A stretch of 35,901 nt of DNA from Candidatus Krumholzibacteriia bacterium (lineage in GTDB: Bacteria; Krumholzibacteriota; Krumholzibacteriia; Krumholzibacteriales; Krumholzibacteriaceae), in contig JAPLKY010000205.1 in assembly GCA_026387805.1 (NCBI GenBank), forward strand, positions 1 to 35,901, given 5' to 3'. Shown here one piece after another: positions 11,101-18,495 of this stretch. Numbering within the stretch: the first letter of the stretch is position 1; every line of letters begins with the position of its first letter. The position numbers were made by a program, and so were the translations under genes. The notes beneath the pieces were generated by a model. The model did not search any database and was not told where the DNA came from. It saw only the letters and a program-made list of their open reading frames with translations.

Positions 11101-11322
11101 AGCTACCAGATTCCCGTGAGGAGCATGGTGAATCTGAGCGTCTTCGACGTTTCGGGACGTCTGATTCGGACGCTGGTCAACGAGTACAACGAACCGGGTC
11201 TGTACGCCGCCCCGTGGGACGGGAAAGACAGTCGGGGTGTTTCGGTGGCCTCGGGGATCTATTTCTCCAAGCTTCAGGCCGGAAACTACAAGGAAACGAA
11301 GAGGATGGTGCTTTTGCGGTAA
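8107..11322 (+). CDS. giant secreted PKD + alpha/alpha-toroid + PKD x2 + CARDB-like protein with T9SS sorting domain
   Basis: AAGGAGGG RBS in the tail of the previous gene, with ATG 1 nt after its stop. Signal peptide present. PKD-like units: YTYVWNFGDGSP...LTVTDGDGD, WLWDLDGDG, YSWDFEPDG. Toroid repeats HQAANGAWQ, GGRGGWRY, QCADGGFGY. C-terminus NYPNPFNPNTTISY...GIYFSKL. Confidence 0.9.
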   Translation: MTRKRLFVVIGFVCLMLVGIASWAQDISEKKALDLYDEYTIAFPPPVEPLNPAPLISEMDRPVLQSPTGAILVRTMPSSFDPITGYPKPYAWPTRNFPIWGNVAGGVAPYTYVWNFGDGSPSVSGAAANPNYIYAYHSYSIVGIYYAQLTVTDGDGDTNSSAVRIDVAFVDQEVRKNAAIEDGLRYLYLHQAANGAWQESYYGASTATAVAAFEIHGHFPMNDPTQDIFAERVQLGLNYLFSALVTQSIGVQTHGNPDTNGNGIGIRPSGSYTTYIHGLMMLAIASSRDTNSITTTGPAGVIGKKYRDILVDMADQLAYSQVETGGRGGWRYDMNNADYGSSDNSIVQWASIGLKAAEASPWLIHAPQFVKDELLLWMSSSQCADGGFGYTSCSAYGSNVGRTGSGIYSLYYLGVDKSDPRVTAAINYLCSRWFAGGYGATAGSGQFQSNFYAMYAVKKALEDYMIPTVCSPSRSWRDDYEKHLIKDLTSPSPYNGNHQTTDTPNATNDGVWPYSYIYGGNNYGNTISTGFALLVLLPGVRPCAPVPQMTINPPEACPNTEICFDASGSHLDGACTNEEIEQWLWDLDGDGTYERSGQFVCKPEGYPLPNGETQHDYEVKLMVIAGEADSNVTSGTVHIGSEDHLPIAVCGGPYTACVGEPIYLNGCLSYDPDSACLDDGIVEYSWDFEPDGVWDLITTECIPDTSLIYNTEVYKYIQLRVRDKFGLVSASNGGLVEVWSSRKELSVTANDIVFNNVEGCPSVEICATIHAATQDPSISVESAVVDFYYDDPSDPAKRIGRFNTPVMQDGGTVAFCVNWEPPIEGDSIYVVVDPNQLIRECVETDNMAVRVWNCPPDTCVVQPNLSLIGYRTVDYAAPLWKVQVEIRNAGPGKVQNVNVVMNEEIDWLTIPDPNCGYSEILEGGLSWGDDTYTFDLTNHPGGSFNVWFDVTYEDSCRNQYHVRLDPEFDPTNTAQTAPALSFRLAQNYPNPFNPNTTISYQIPVRSMVNLSVFDVSGRLIRTLVNEYNEPGLYAAPWDGKDSRGVSVASGIYFSKLQAGNYKETKRMVLLR
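10690..11322 (+). repeat. 633-nt 3' coding module, copy 1 (CARDB-like + T9SS domain)
   Basis: Aligns without gaps to 13949-14581. The encoded 210 aa differ at 14 positions (about 93% identity), whereas the N-terminal parts of the two proteins are only weakly similar. Confidence 0.9.
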
Positions 11323-11362
11323 CTATTGCTCCAGGCACGATAACCAGACGAAGGAGGAGGAG

Positions 11363-14300
11363 ATGAATAGGCGTAATTCGGGATCGGTACTCATCCTGCT
11401 CGTTGTGTTGCTCGCGCTGACGTGCGCGGTCACGGCGCAGGAGCGGATTACGGATCAGAAGGTCAAGAAGCTCTTCGACGAATACCAGGCTCTGACCAGC
11501 TCGCAGCCCGAGATCAATCCGCTTGGATTGAGCGTGCAAGAGGCGTGGAGCCAATTTCAAGCGTTAGACGAGGGGCCTCTCCACGTTCGAGTCATGCCGG
11601 GAACCTACATCGATAGCCAGGGCAAGCGGCAGCCGTATTGCTGGATCGGCCTCAATCAGACCGTGTGGGGCGCCGCGGGAGGCGGAGAAGCTCCCTACTC
11701 CTGGCAATGGGATTTCGGCGATGGTACGCCGCCGGCAACGGGGATTGCGGCAAATGCAAGCGAGGCCAGATATATTGCCGTGGATCATGCATATTCGCTC
11801 GCGGGCACGAGAACCGCGATACTCACGGTGACGGATAATCTCGGCGCGGTGGCGTCGAGATCCGTTCAGATCGATATCAGGGTGCTGCCCGATCCGACAG
11901 TCGATCTCGAGGTAAATGCGGCCATCGAAAAAGGCTTGCGGTGGCTCTATCTGAACCAATACCCGGAGGGTTATTGGCCCGATCAAGGGGACGATTACGT
12001 CTTCGGGGCAACCGGTGCGGCGGTTCTCGCGTTCGAGCTCAGAGGCCACCTTGCCGTTAATGACGTCAATGAGGATATCTATGCCGAACCTCTGCAGCGT
12101 GCGTTCGATTTTCTCATGAACTATTCCGTATACTACACATTGGGAAGTCCGGCATCCCAGAATTGTTTTGTCGATGGAAACTCGAACGGTCTGGGTGTCT
12201 ATTTCTATTCGGGGCTAACATACCATAACGGCCTCATTATGATGGCCATTGCCGCGAGCAGGGATCCGAATCAGGTCGCCACTACCGGAGCCGTCGCCGG
12301 TCACACATTCAGGGATATCCTGCAGGACATGTGCGATATGGCGGTATATGCTCAAGCGGAGAGTCCTCCCTACCGGGGTGGGTGGCGGTACTACGTCGCT
12401 CGGGGCGATGGCGATTCCGACAATTCAGCCGTTCAATGGCCGGTTCTTGCAATGATGGCAGCCGGCTGCGGCTGGGATATTCAGATCCCGGAATGTGTCA
12501 AGACCGAGTTGCGGTTTTGGGCTGAGTACAGTCAGTGCGGGAATGGCGGGTTCGGATACACGAGTCCCTGCGACTGGCCGAATATCGCGAAGACAGGGTC
12601 AGGGATGATCAGCCATGCCTTTCTCGGAACGCTGCCCGGAAACAGCAGCATAGTCAATGCGCTGAATTTCATTAATGCCAACTGGGGTAATGGGAGCGAT
12701 AACAACGGCTATTCCGAGCATCTTAACGGAAACATCTATGCGATGTATGCCTTGACGAAAGGCTGTCGAGAGCTGGTCGATGAAAACGGCGATCAGATTG
12801 ACCTGATTGGCGCGCACAACTGGTACGCGGAGTATCGGCTCCATCTCCTGAGCAATCCGACGTGGGGTCAGGCCGCCGATGGACACTGGTTTGCGCAATT
12901 CGGCTGGTGGTGGGATTTCGGGAGCGCGTTTTCCACGGCGACCGCAATGATGATTCTGAATCCGGAGACCGTTACGTGCCGTCGCCCCGTCGCCGTTGCC
13001 GTAGCCGAGCCGGATTCCAGTTGCGCTAACCAGCCGATCAAATTCGATGGTTCAGGATCGTATCATCAGGATTCGGAGAGGCTCATCACCTCATGGAAGT
13101 GGGACTTCAATGCCGAGGATGGGATTGACTGGGACCATCCGGATGCGGAGGGAGCCAGTGTTTGGAATCTGGCGGGATACGAGCTTCCTCCCGGCGAGGA
13201 CACCAAAGCGTACCAGGCAACCCTCAGGGTTACGGACAACTCCAGCCCGCAACAGGTCAGCGTCGCGACCGTCAGCGTGACGATCGGGACCGTGAATCAC
13301 GCTCCCGTTGCGTGCTTCCACTGTCCGTGCAGCGATGCTCCCTACACGGCGAGGGTCGGTCAGGAGATCATATTCGATGGGAGCTGTTCCTATGACCCGG
13401 ATTTCCTGTGCACCGCCGACAGCATTGTTGCGTGGGCGTGGGATCTCAACGGCGACGGTGTCTTCGACGATGCGACGACGCCTATCACGAGCTTCACGTG
13501 GAACTTCGAGTACAACGGACGCATCGGTCTCAGGGCGTGGGACACCCATGGCGCGCAATCCGAGGGGACCGCTTACGTGAGCGTTTGGACCTCGCACGCG
13601 GATCTGAGAATAGCTGCGGAAGATCTGCATTGCTCCTGCGGCTCATCCCTCGATCCGTGCGCGATAACCGCGCGCGTTCACTGCGACACCGATGATCCAT
13701 CGAAGGTGGTTGCGTCGGCATTGGTCAGGTTCTACGATGGAAATCCGAACGCGGGAGGCGTGCTGATCCATGAGACGACGCTGCAAAACTTGACGGGCGG
13801 CAGCGTCGAAGAGCTGTCGGTACCGTGGGTCAACCCCGATGGGCAGCCGCATGACATCTATGTCCTGGTAGATCCGAATCTGCGGGTGGAGGAGTGGGAC
13901 GAGACGAACAACGTTGCGATTGTCAGTTGCGGTAGAGTGTGCGATGAGCAGCCGAATCTCTCTTTGATCGGCTATCGCACGGTGGACTATGGCGCCCCGC
14001 TGTGGAAGGTGCAGGTCGAGATACGCAACGCCGGGCCGGGATTGGTCAGGAACGTGAACGTGGTCATGAACGAGGAGATCGACTGGTTGACGATTCCCGA
14101 TCCGAACTGCGGCTATAGTGAGATACCGGAGGGCGGATCGAGCTGGGGCGACGATACGTACACCTTCGATCTGACGAACCATCCGGGAGGAAGCTTCAAC
14201 GTGTGGTTCGACGTCACGTACGAGGATTCCTGCGGGAAATCGTACCACGTAAGGCTCGACCCCGAGTTCGATCCCGGGAAGACGGCGCAGACGGCGCCGA

Positions 14301-14581
14301 CGCTGTCCTTCAGGCTGGCGCAGAACTATCCGAACCCGTTCAATCCGAACACGACGATCAGCTACCAGATTCCCGTGAAGAGCATGGTGAATCTGAGCGT
14401 CTTCGACGTTTCGGGACGTCTGATTCGGACGCTGGTCAACGAGTACAACGAACCGGGTCTGTACGCCGCTCAGTGGGACGGGAAAGACAGCCGAGGCGTC
14501 TCGGTGGCCTCGGGGATCTATTTCTCCAAGCTCCAGGCCGGAAACTACAAGGACACGAAGAGGATGGTGCTGCTGCGCTAG
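11363..14581 (+). CDS. giant secreted PKD + alpha/alpha-toroid + PKD-like + CARDB-like protein with T9SS sorting domain (paralog of 8107-11322)
   Basis: ATG 11363 preceded by AAGGAGGAGGAG. The track start 11237 would overlap the previous gene and lacks a signal peptide. Signal peptide MNRRNSGSVLILLVVLLALTCAVTAQE. PKD-like YSWQWDFGDGTP...LTVTDNLG. Toroid repeats NQYPEGYWP, YRGGWRYY, QCGNGGFGY. T9SS C-terminus. Confidence 0.9.
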   Translation: MNRRNSGSVLILLVVLLALTCAVTAQERITDQKVKKLFDEYQALTSSQPEINPLGLSVQEAWSQFQALDEGPLHVRVMPGTYIDSQGKRQPYCWIGLNQTVWGAAGGGEAPYSWQWDFGDGTPPATGIAANASEARYIAVDHAYSLAGTRTAILTVTDNLGAVASRSVQIDIRVLPDPTVDLEVNAAIEKGLRWLYLNQYPEGYWPDQGDDYVFGATGAAVLAFELRGHLAVNDVNEDIYAEPLQRAFDFLMNYSVYYTLGSPASQNCFVDGNSNGLGVYFYSGLTYHNGLIMMAIAASRDPNQVATTGAVAGHTFRDILQDMCDMAVYAQAESPPYRGGWRYYVARGDGDSDNSAVQWPVLAMMAAGCGWDIQIPECVKTELRFWAEYSQCGNGGFGYTSPCDWPNIAKTGSGMISHAFLGTLPGNSSIVNALNFINANWGNGSDNNGYSEHLNGNIYAMYALTKGCRELVDENGDQIDLIGAHNWYAEYRLHLLSNPTWGQAADGHWFAQFGWWWDFGSAFSTATAMMILNPETVTCRRPVAVAVAEPDSSCANQPIKFDGSGSYHQDSERLITSWKWDFNAEDGIDWDHPDAEGASVWNLAGYELPPGEDTKAYQATLRVTDNSSPQQVSVATVSVTIGTVNHAPVACFHCPCSDAPYTARVGQEIIFDGSCSYDPDFLCTADSIVAWAWDLNGDGVFDDATTPITSFTWNFEYNGRIGLRAWDTHGAQSEGTAYVSVWTSHADLRIAAEDLHCSCGSSLDPCAITARVHCDTDDPSKVVASALVRFYDGNPNAGGVLIHETTLQNLTGGSVEELSVPWVNPDGQPHDIYVLVDPNLRVEEWDETNNVAIVSCGRVCDEQPNLSLIGYRTVDYGAPLWKVQVEIRNAGPGLVRNVNVVMNEEIDWLTIPDPNCGYSEIPEGGSSWGDDTYTFDLTNHPGGSFNVWFDVTYEDSCGKSYHVRLDPEFDPGKTAQTAPTLSFRLAQNYPNPFNPNTTISYQIPVKSMVNLSVFDVSGRLIRTLVNEYNEPGLYAAQWDGKDSRGVSVASGIYFSKLQAGNYKDTKRMVLLR
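13949..14581 (+). repeat. 633-nt 3' coding module, copy 2
   Basis: See 10690-11322. Same length and same reading frame. Confidence 0.9.
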
Positions 14582-14627
14582 CGAAAGAAAGGAGCGGATG
14601 AGACAGGACAAGCTTGCCGGAAAGAAG

Positions 14628-14657
14628 TTGACGGCAGCATGTAACTTATGATAGGAT
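14628..14657 (+). promoter_or_regulatory. sigma70-like promoter TTGACG-N18-(TGa)TAGGAT
   Basis: TTGACG at 14628-14633, an 18-nt spacer, and TGATAGGAT ending at 14657. It lies about 60 nt upstream of the small-peptide start, in a 135-nt gap after the 11363-14581 stop. Confidence 0.4.
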
Positions 14658-14716
14658 ATTAGTATTAAATCAGGGGGACCATGTCTTTTGTAGGGCGATC
14701 CTTAGGGGAGGGTTTC

Positions 14717-14848
14717 ATGGAAAAGGAAAAGAAAGCGAAAGGAGCGACCGCGAAAGCCGCTCCGCGCAAGTACTCGAAACCGAAGGTCAAGAAGCACGAA
14801 AATCTGAAGGAGATTACGCTTCTTTCCTTCACTCCTCCCGGTGAATAG
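14717..14848 (+). CDS. 43-aa candidate RiPP precursor peptide (lasso-type leader spacing, 8-aa core)
   Basis: Below the track's 60-aa cutoff. ATG 14717 to TAG 14846-14848 encodes MEKEKKAKGATAKAAPRKYSKPKVKKHENLKEITLLSFTPPGE. GGGGAGGG at 14705-14712 serves as RBS. Y19/P22/V24/T34 match the spacing of the YxxPxL...T(-2) leader motif. It sits directly upstream of a PqqD-like gene. Confidence 0.55.
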   Translation: MEKEKKAKGATAKAAPRKYSKPKVKKHENLKEITLLSFTPPGE

Positions 14849-14900
14849 GGCTCTCTTCAGAGCTTCGATTTTCCGGGCTCTATTGCACGCGTAATGAGAA

Positions 14901-14942
14901 CTCCGAGGGGATGCGGAAGCATCCCCTCGGGGATTCATTTCT
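14901..14942 (+). terminator. strong stem-loop (possible attenuator/partial terminator) between peptide and RRE genes
   Basis: CCGAGGGGATGC (14903-14914), GGAA loop, GCATCCCCTCGG (14919-14930): a perfect 12-bp GC-rich stem followed by GGATTCATTTCT. Confidence 0.45.
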
Positions 14943-14955
14943 GGAGGGGATCGGT

Positions 14956-15216
14956 GTGCTCAGAGTGAGCGATAGAGTCGTCTATCGCGAGATAGATGAC
15001 AAGATTGTTTTGATCAATCTGGATTCGGGATTCTACTACTCGCTGAATGAAGTGGGATGCTTCATTTTCAACAGGATCCTGAAGAGCAAAGAGGTCGGCG
15101 ATATTCTCGATGAGATCGAGAGCACCTTCGAGGTATCCCAGAGAGAGGCGCGGGAAGATCTTGACGGATTCGTGGAATCCCTGCGAAGGGAAAAGATCAT
15201 CCTCGCCAACGGTTAG
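14956..15216 (+). CDS. PqqD-family protein (RiPP recognition element-like)
   Basis: GTG 14956 with GGAGGGG 6 nt upstream. The track ATG 14911 lies inside the hairpin stem. The sequence RVVYREIDDKIVLINLDSGFYYSLNEVGCFIFNRI...DILDEIESTFEVSQREAREDLDGFVESLRREKII follows the PqqD pattern of beta strands followed by a helical LNxxG segment. Confidence 0.75.
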   Translation: MLRVSDRVVYREIDDKIVLINLDSGFYYSLNEVGCFIFNRILKSKEVGDILDEIESTFEVSQREAREDLDGFVESLRREKIILANG

Positions 15217-15240
15217 CAAACCGATGGAACAATCGACTCG

Positions 15241-16224
15241 ATGGACACCCAGCGCTTGCGCTTTCAAACGATAATCCCTCTGCAGAAGTATTCTCTCATT
15301 CTCAGAAGCGATAGCGAGAAGGTTATCGACGCGGTCCGCGGCTGGGTCGATCACGACATCGCGCACTATCATACCATCGATGAATCCTCCCCGCGAGTTC
15401 CGATCGAGGTCGAGCTCTTTACGAGCCGAAAGCCCCCGGGGATCGACAAACCGACCCATCTCGATCACATGGCTACTTTTGAAGACATCAAATTCTATTC
15501 GGACAACGGCCATATCATTTTGACCTTTGGCGACACGTCTTTCGTGAAGATAGATCCGAAGAAAGGAATTGCGAGAGGATTCGTCTCCGGGGAGCACCTG
15601 GAGTCTCCCTGGATTCTCTCTCATCGGATATTCTACGTTCCGGTCCTCGAGATCATTCGAGGCATGGGAGTCTGCTATATCCACGCCGGCTGCGTTTGCC
15701 GGGGAGATAAATGCATATTGCTCTGCGGGGGGAGCGGGCATGGGAAGTCGACGTTGACCTATGCGCTCGCGAGGTCGCGATACTCGTACCTGTCGGATGA
15801 TGCCGTTTTTGTCCAGAACCACAGCCGCGGCATCGAGATATTCTCGTTTCCCGAGAAGATAAAGCTCGACACGAACAGCCGGTCGTTCTTCCCCGAATTC
15901 GACGGATTCGAGAAATCTCCGGGGAAGATGGAGATCCCTCTGAAGCTGACGAAGATCAAGAATATCGCCGTGAGCGGAAGCCCCCATGCCCTGATATTCA
16001 CGCGGATCATCCCGGCGGAGAAGAGCGAGTTGGTCCCGCTCCCCCGGAGCGAGGCGATGCTTCGATTGATCGGTCAGAGCATCTCTCTCACGAGCAAGCG
16101 GAGCATCGAAAGCAACCTCGATCTGCTCATGAAGCTCACCGGATCGTTGAAGAGCTTCGAGCTGAAGATGGGCGGCACTTTTGAGGGCGTGCCCGAGCTG
16201 ATCGAAGAGACCCTCTTCGCGTAG
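15241..16224 (+). CDS. HPr-kinase-like (HprK-related) P-loop kinase
   Basis: 327 aa. P-loop LLCGGSGHGKSTLTYAL followed by YLSDD, as in the HPr kinase/phosphorylase C-terminal domain. Adjacent to the PqqD-like gene. Confidence 0.75.
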   Translation: MDTQRLRFQTIIPLQKYSLILRSDSEKVIDAVRGWVDHDIAHYHTIDESSPRVPIEVELFTSRKPPGIDKPTHLDHMATFEDIKFYSDNGHIILTFGDTSFVKIDPKKGIARGFVSGEHLESPWILSHRIFYVPVLEIIRGMGVCYIHAGCVCRGDKCILLCGGSGHGKSTLTYALARSRYSYLSDDAVFVQNHSRGIEIFSFPEKIKLDTNSRSFFPEFDGFEKSPGKMEIPLKLTKIKNIAVSGSPHALIFTRIIPAEKSELVPLPRSEAMLRLIGQSISLTSKRSIESNLDLLMKLTGSLKSFELKMGGTFEGVPELIEETLFA

Positions 16225-16251
16225 TCGCGAAAGCGCTGCGTCAGGGAGAAT

Positions 16252-18483
16252 ATGAAGCGACAATTCGGAATATGGCTCGGCGCCGCGGCGATTCTCCTCG
16301 CGGTTGCGACGCGTGCAATGGCGGGGTATTATGTGTGGTCGAACGAAGGCGGCCCGTACGGGGGCCGTGTCCAGGCCGTCGAATTCATTGATGAAGACGT
16401 CTACCTCGCGGGTACGCGGCACGGCGGGATCTTCATCAGCCGGGATTCCGGCGTTTTGTGGAGCTCCTCGAACGGCGGGCTCACGAATCTCATCGTCAAC
16501 TGCATCTGCAAGAATCCATTGAACAAGAACACGGTATACATCGGAACGGGCGGTGGAGGCGTCTTCCGCACCAACGCCGGCACGACGACGTGTTCGTGGA
16601 CCTCCAGATCGTACAACCTCGGGAACAGCAATGTCCTGTCGCTCGCGATGAGCCCCGTCGATACGAACGTCGTCTTCGCGGGCACGATCAGCGGAATCTA
16701 CAAGAGCTCGAACAACGGCGGCTACTGGTCGAACATTACGAACAACCTGACCGATGCGAACGTCAACGCAATCGCGATAGGCGGCACGACGGATACTCTA
16801 TACGCGGGCACCAATGGCGGCGTATTCAGATCGACCGACGGCGGAACGACGTGGGTGAGCAAGAACACCGGGCTCGGCAATCTCTTCGTCAAGTCGCTGA
16901 AGCTCGATCCGAAGAACGGCAGCGTCATCCTCGCCGGCACCTTCGGCGGGGTTTTCAAGAGCGTGAACCGGGGCGATAGCTGGACGCCCAAGAACAGCGG
17001 CCTCGGCAGTCTCTACGTCAGGGATCTGGAGATCCATCCCGACAGCTCCGCGGTCTACTGCGCGGGGACCGAAAACGGTTTCTACATCAGCACGAACGGG
17101 GGGGACAGCTGGATGGATTTCAGCGGCGGCCTCGGCAACCGCGAGGTCATTTCCTCCGCGATCGACGGCACGGGCGAAAGATTGCTCGCCGGCACCTATT
17201 GGGGCGGGGCATACGAGTCCGTGACCAGAGCGCCCTGGACGCAGAAGATCGAAGGCATGGACAATACCTTTATCAGCGCCGTCGACGTGAATCCCGCGAA
17301 TAATGACCTTATCCAGGTCACTTCCTACGGACAGATATTCAAGAGCGACGATGAAGGATCGAACTGGCAGGAGAGCTCCGCCGGCATCGGCGACGAAGAC
17401 CTCACCGCGATCGCGATCGACGACGCGGCGCCCGACACGGTGTATTGCGGCGCCAACTATGGAGGCGTCTACAAGAGCATAAACGGCGGAAGCACGTGGA
17501 CGTTGATGAACGTCGGGCTCGGAAGCACGACGGTCACCTGCGTCGCCGTCGATCATCAAAGCGACAATATCGTGTATGCGGGCACCTACGGGTACCTGTA
17601 CCGGAGCACGGACGGCGCGCGGCACTGGCAGCTCAAATCGAGCGGCCTCTCCGACAAGCACGTCTGGACCATCGAAGTGGATCCCGTCGACGCCTCTATC
17701 GTTTACGTGGGGACCTACGGCGGAGGGATTTTCAAGACGACCAATTCCGGAGACAGCTGGACGGCGATCAATACGGGCCTTCCCGAGCCCTACGTGAAGG
17801 CCATCGCCGTCGATCCGGTCGATCACGCGATCGTATACGCGGGCACGTACTACAGCGGCGGCGTCTACAAGTCGGTCGATGGAGGCGCGCATTGGACCAT
17901 CGCGAGCACGGGCCTCGCGAACCGCGACATCTGGAGCCTCGACGTGCATCCGGAGCGGCATCAGCAGGTCATCGCGGGAACGTTCGGAGGCGTTTTCATC
18001 AGTCTGGACGGCGGCGCGAGCTGGGAGAATTTTTCCGACGGCCTCGAGATACTGGATACGCGGTGCGTCGTGTACGATCAGTCCGAGGCCAGGAATATCT
18101 TTGCGGGGACGTACGGCGGCGGGGTATTCAAGTACGACGGCATCTACTGCAGCGTCGAGATGGATTCCGGAGCGCCCGGCGCCGGCGGCTTCTGCCGCCT
18201 CCTCCCCGCCTACCCCAATCCCTTCAATCCATCGACGACGATTCGATACGAGATTCTTGGGCGGGGAAGCGAGAACAGGATGTATCCGGTAAGTCTGAGA
18301 ATCTATGACGTGGGGGGCAGATTGGTAAAGACGCTCTTTGAGGGTTTCCAGGGTTCCGGAGATCACGGCGCGATCTGGCGCGGCGATGATGAGCGAAATG
18401 CGCGCGCCGCTTCCGGCGTCTATTTCTCCAGGCTGATCGTCAACGGACAAATGCATACGGGCAAGCTGATCCTGATCAATTGA
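16252..18483 (+). CDS. BNR/Asp-box repeat beta-propeller protein (sortilin/VPS10- or GH74-like fold) with T9SS sorting domain
   Basis: AGGGAG RBS and signal peptide. At least 11 SxDxGxxW boxes, including SRDSGVLW, STDGGTTW, SVNRGDSW, STNGGDSW, SDDEGSNW, SINGGSTW, STDGARHW, TTNSGDSW, SVDGGAHW and SLDGGASW. C-terminus AYPNPFNPSTTIRY...GVYFSRL. Confidence 0.88.
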   Translation: MKRQFGIWLGAAAILLAVATRAMAGYYVWSNEGGPYGGRVQAVEFIDEDVYLAGTRHGGIFISRDSGVLWSSSNGGLTNLIVNCICKNPLNKNTVYIGTGGGGVFRTNAGTTTCSWTSRSYNLGNSNVLSLAMSPVDTNVVFAGTISGIYKSSNNGGYWSNITNNLTDANVNAIAIGGTTDTLYAGTNGGVFRSTDGGTTWVSKNTGLGNLFVKSLKLDPKNGSVILAGTFGGVFKSVNRGDSWTPKNSGLGSLYVRDLEIHPDSSAVYCAGTENGFYISTNGGDSWMDFSGGLGNREVISSAIDGTGERLLAGTYWGGAYESVTRAPWTQKIEGMDNTFISAVDVNPANNDLIQVTSYGQIFKSDDEGSNWQESSAGIGDEDLTAIAIDDAAPDTVYCGANYGGVYKSINGGSTWTLMNVGLGSTTVTCVAVDHQSDNIVYAGTYGYLYRSTDGARHWQLKSSGLSDKHVWTIEVDPVDASIVYVGTYGGGIFKTTNSGDSWTAINTGLPEPYVKAIAVDPVDHAIVYAGTYYSGGVYKSVDGGAHWTIASTGLANRDIWSLDVHPERHQQVIAGTFGGVFISLDGGASWENFSDGLEILDTRCVVYDQSEARNIFAGTYGGGVFKYDGIYCSVEMDSGAPGAGGFCRLLPAYPNPFNPSTTIRYEILGRGSENRMYPVSLRIYDVGGRLVKTLFEGFQGSGDHGAIWRGDDERNARAASGVYFSRLIVNGQMHTGKLILIN

Positions 18484-18495
18484 AAGTGAGGATAC

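Noticed and set aside
11237-11362. Upstream extension of the 11363 gene, overlapping the previous gene by 86 nt
   Set aside because: The extension (MFRWPRGSISPSF...) is the out-of-frame read-through of the neighbouring T9SS tail. ATG 11363 has a perfect AAGGAGGAGG RBS and starts a proper signal peptide.
644-14581. Annotating the toroid proteins as squalene-hopene cyclases, prenyltransferases or alpha-2-macroglobulin-like proteins
   Set aside because: QW-like repeats are present, but I found no DxDD/DDxxD catalytic motif and no CxEQ thioester. The proteins are secreted T9SS cargo, so an enzymatic isoprenoid role is unsupported.
14717-16224. Calling this a complete lasso-peptide biosynthetic gene cluster
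   Set aside because: No Asn-synthetase-like cyclase and no transglutaminase-like B2 protease occur in the window. The putative core is only 8 residues and starts with Leu rather than Gly/Ala/Ser/Cys. Only the leader spacing and the RRE/kinase are lasso-like.
14935-16422. 495-aa minus-strand ORF (similarly 24138-25217 plus strand and 13643-14611 minus strand)
   Set aside because: These are shadow ORFs opposite genes with clear family motifs (PqqD/HprK-like; the secreted 294-aa protein; the T9SS cargo gene). They have no signal peptide, RBS or motif support.
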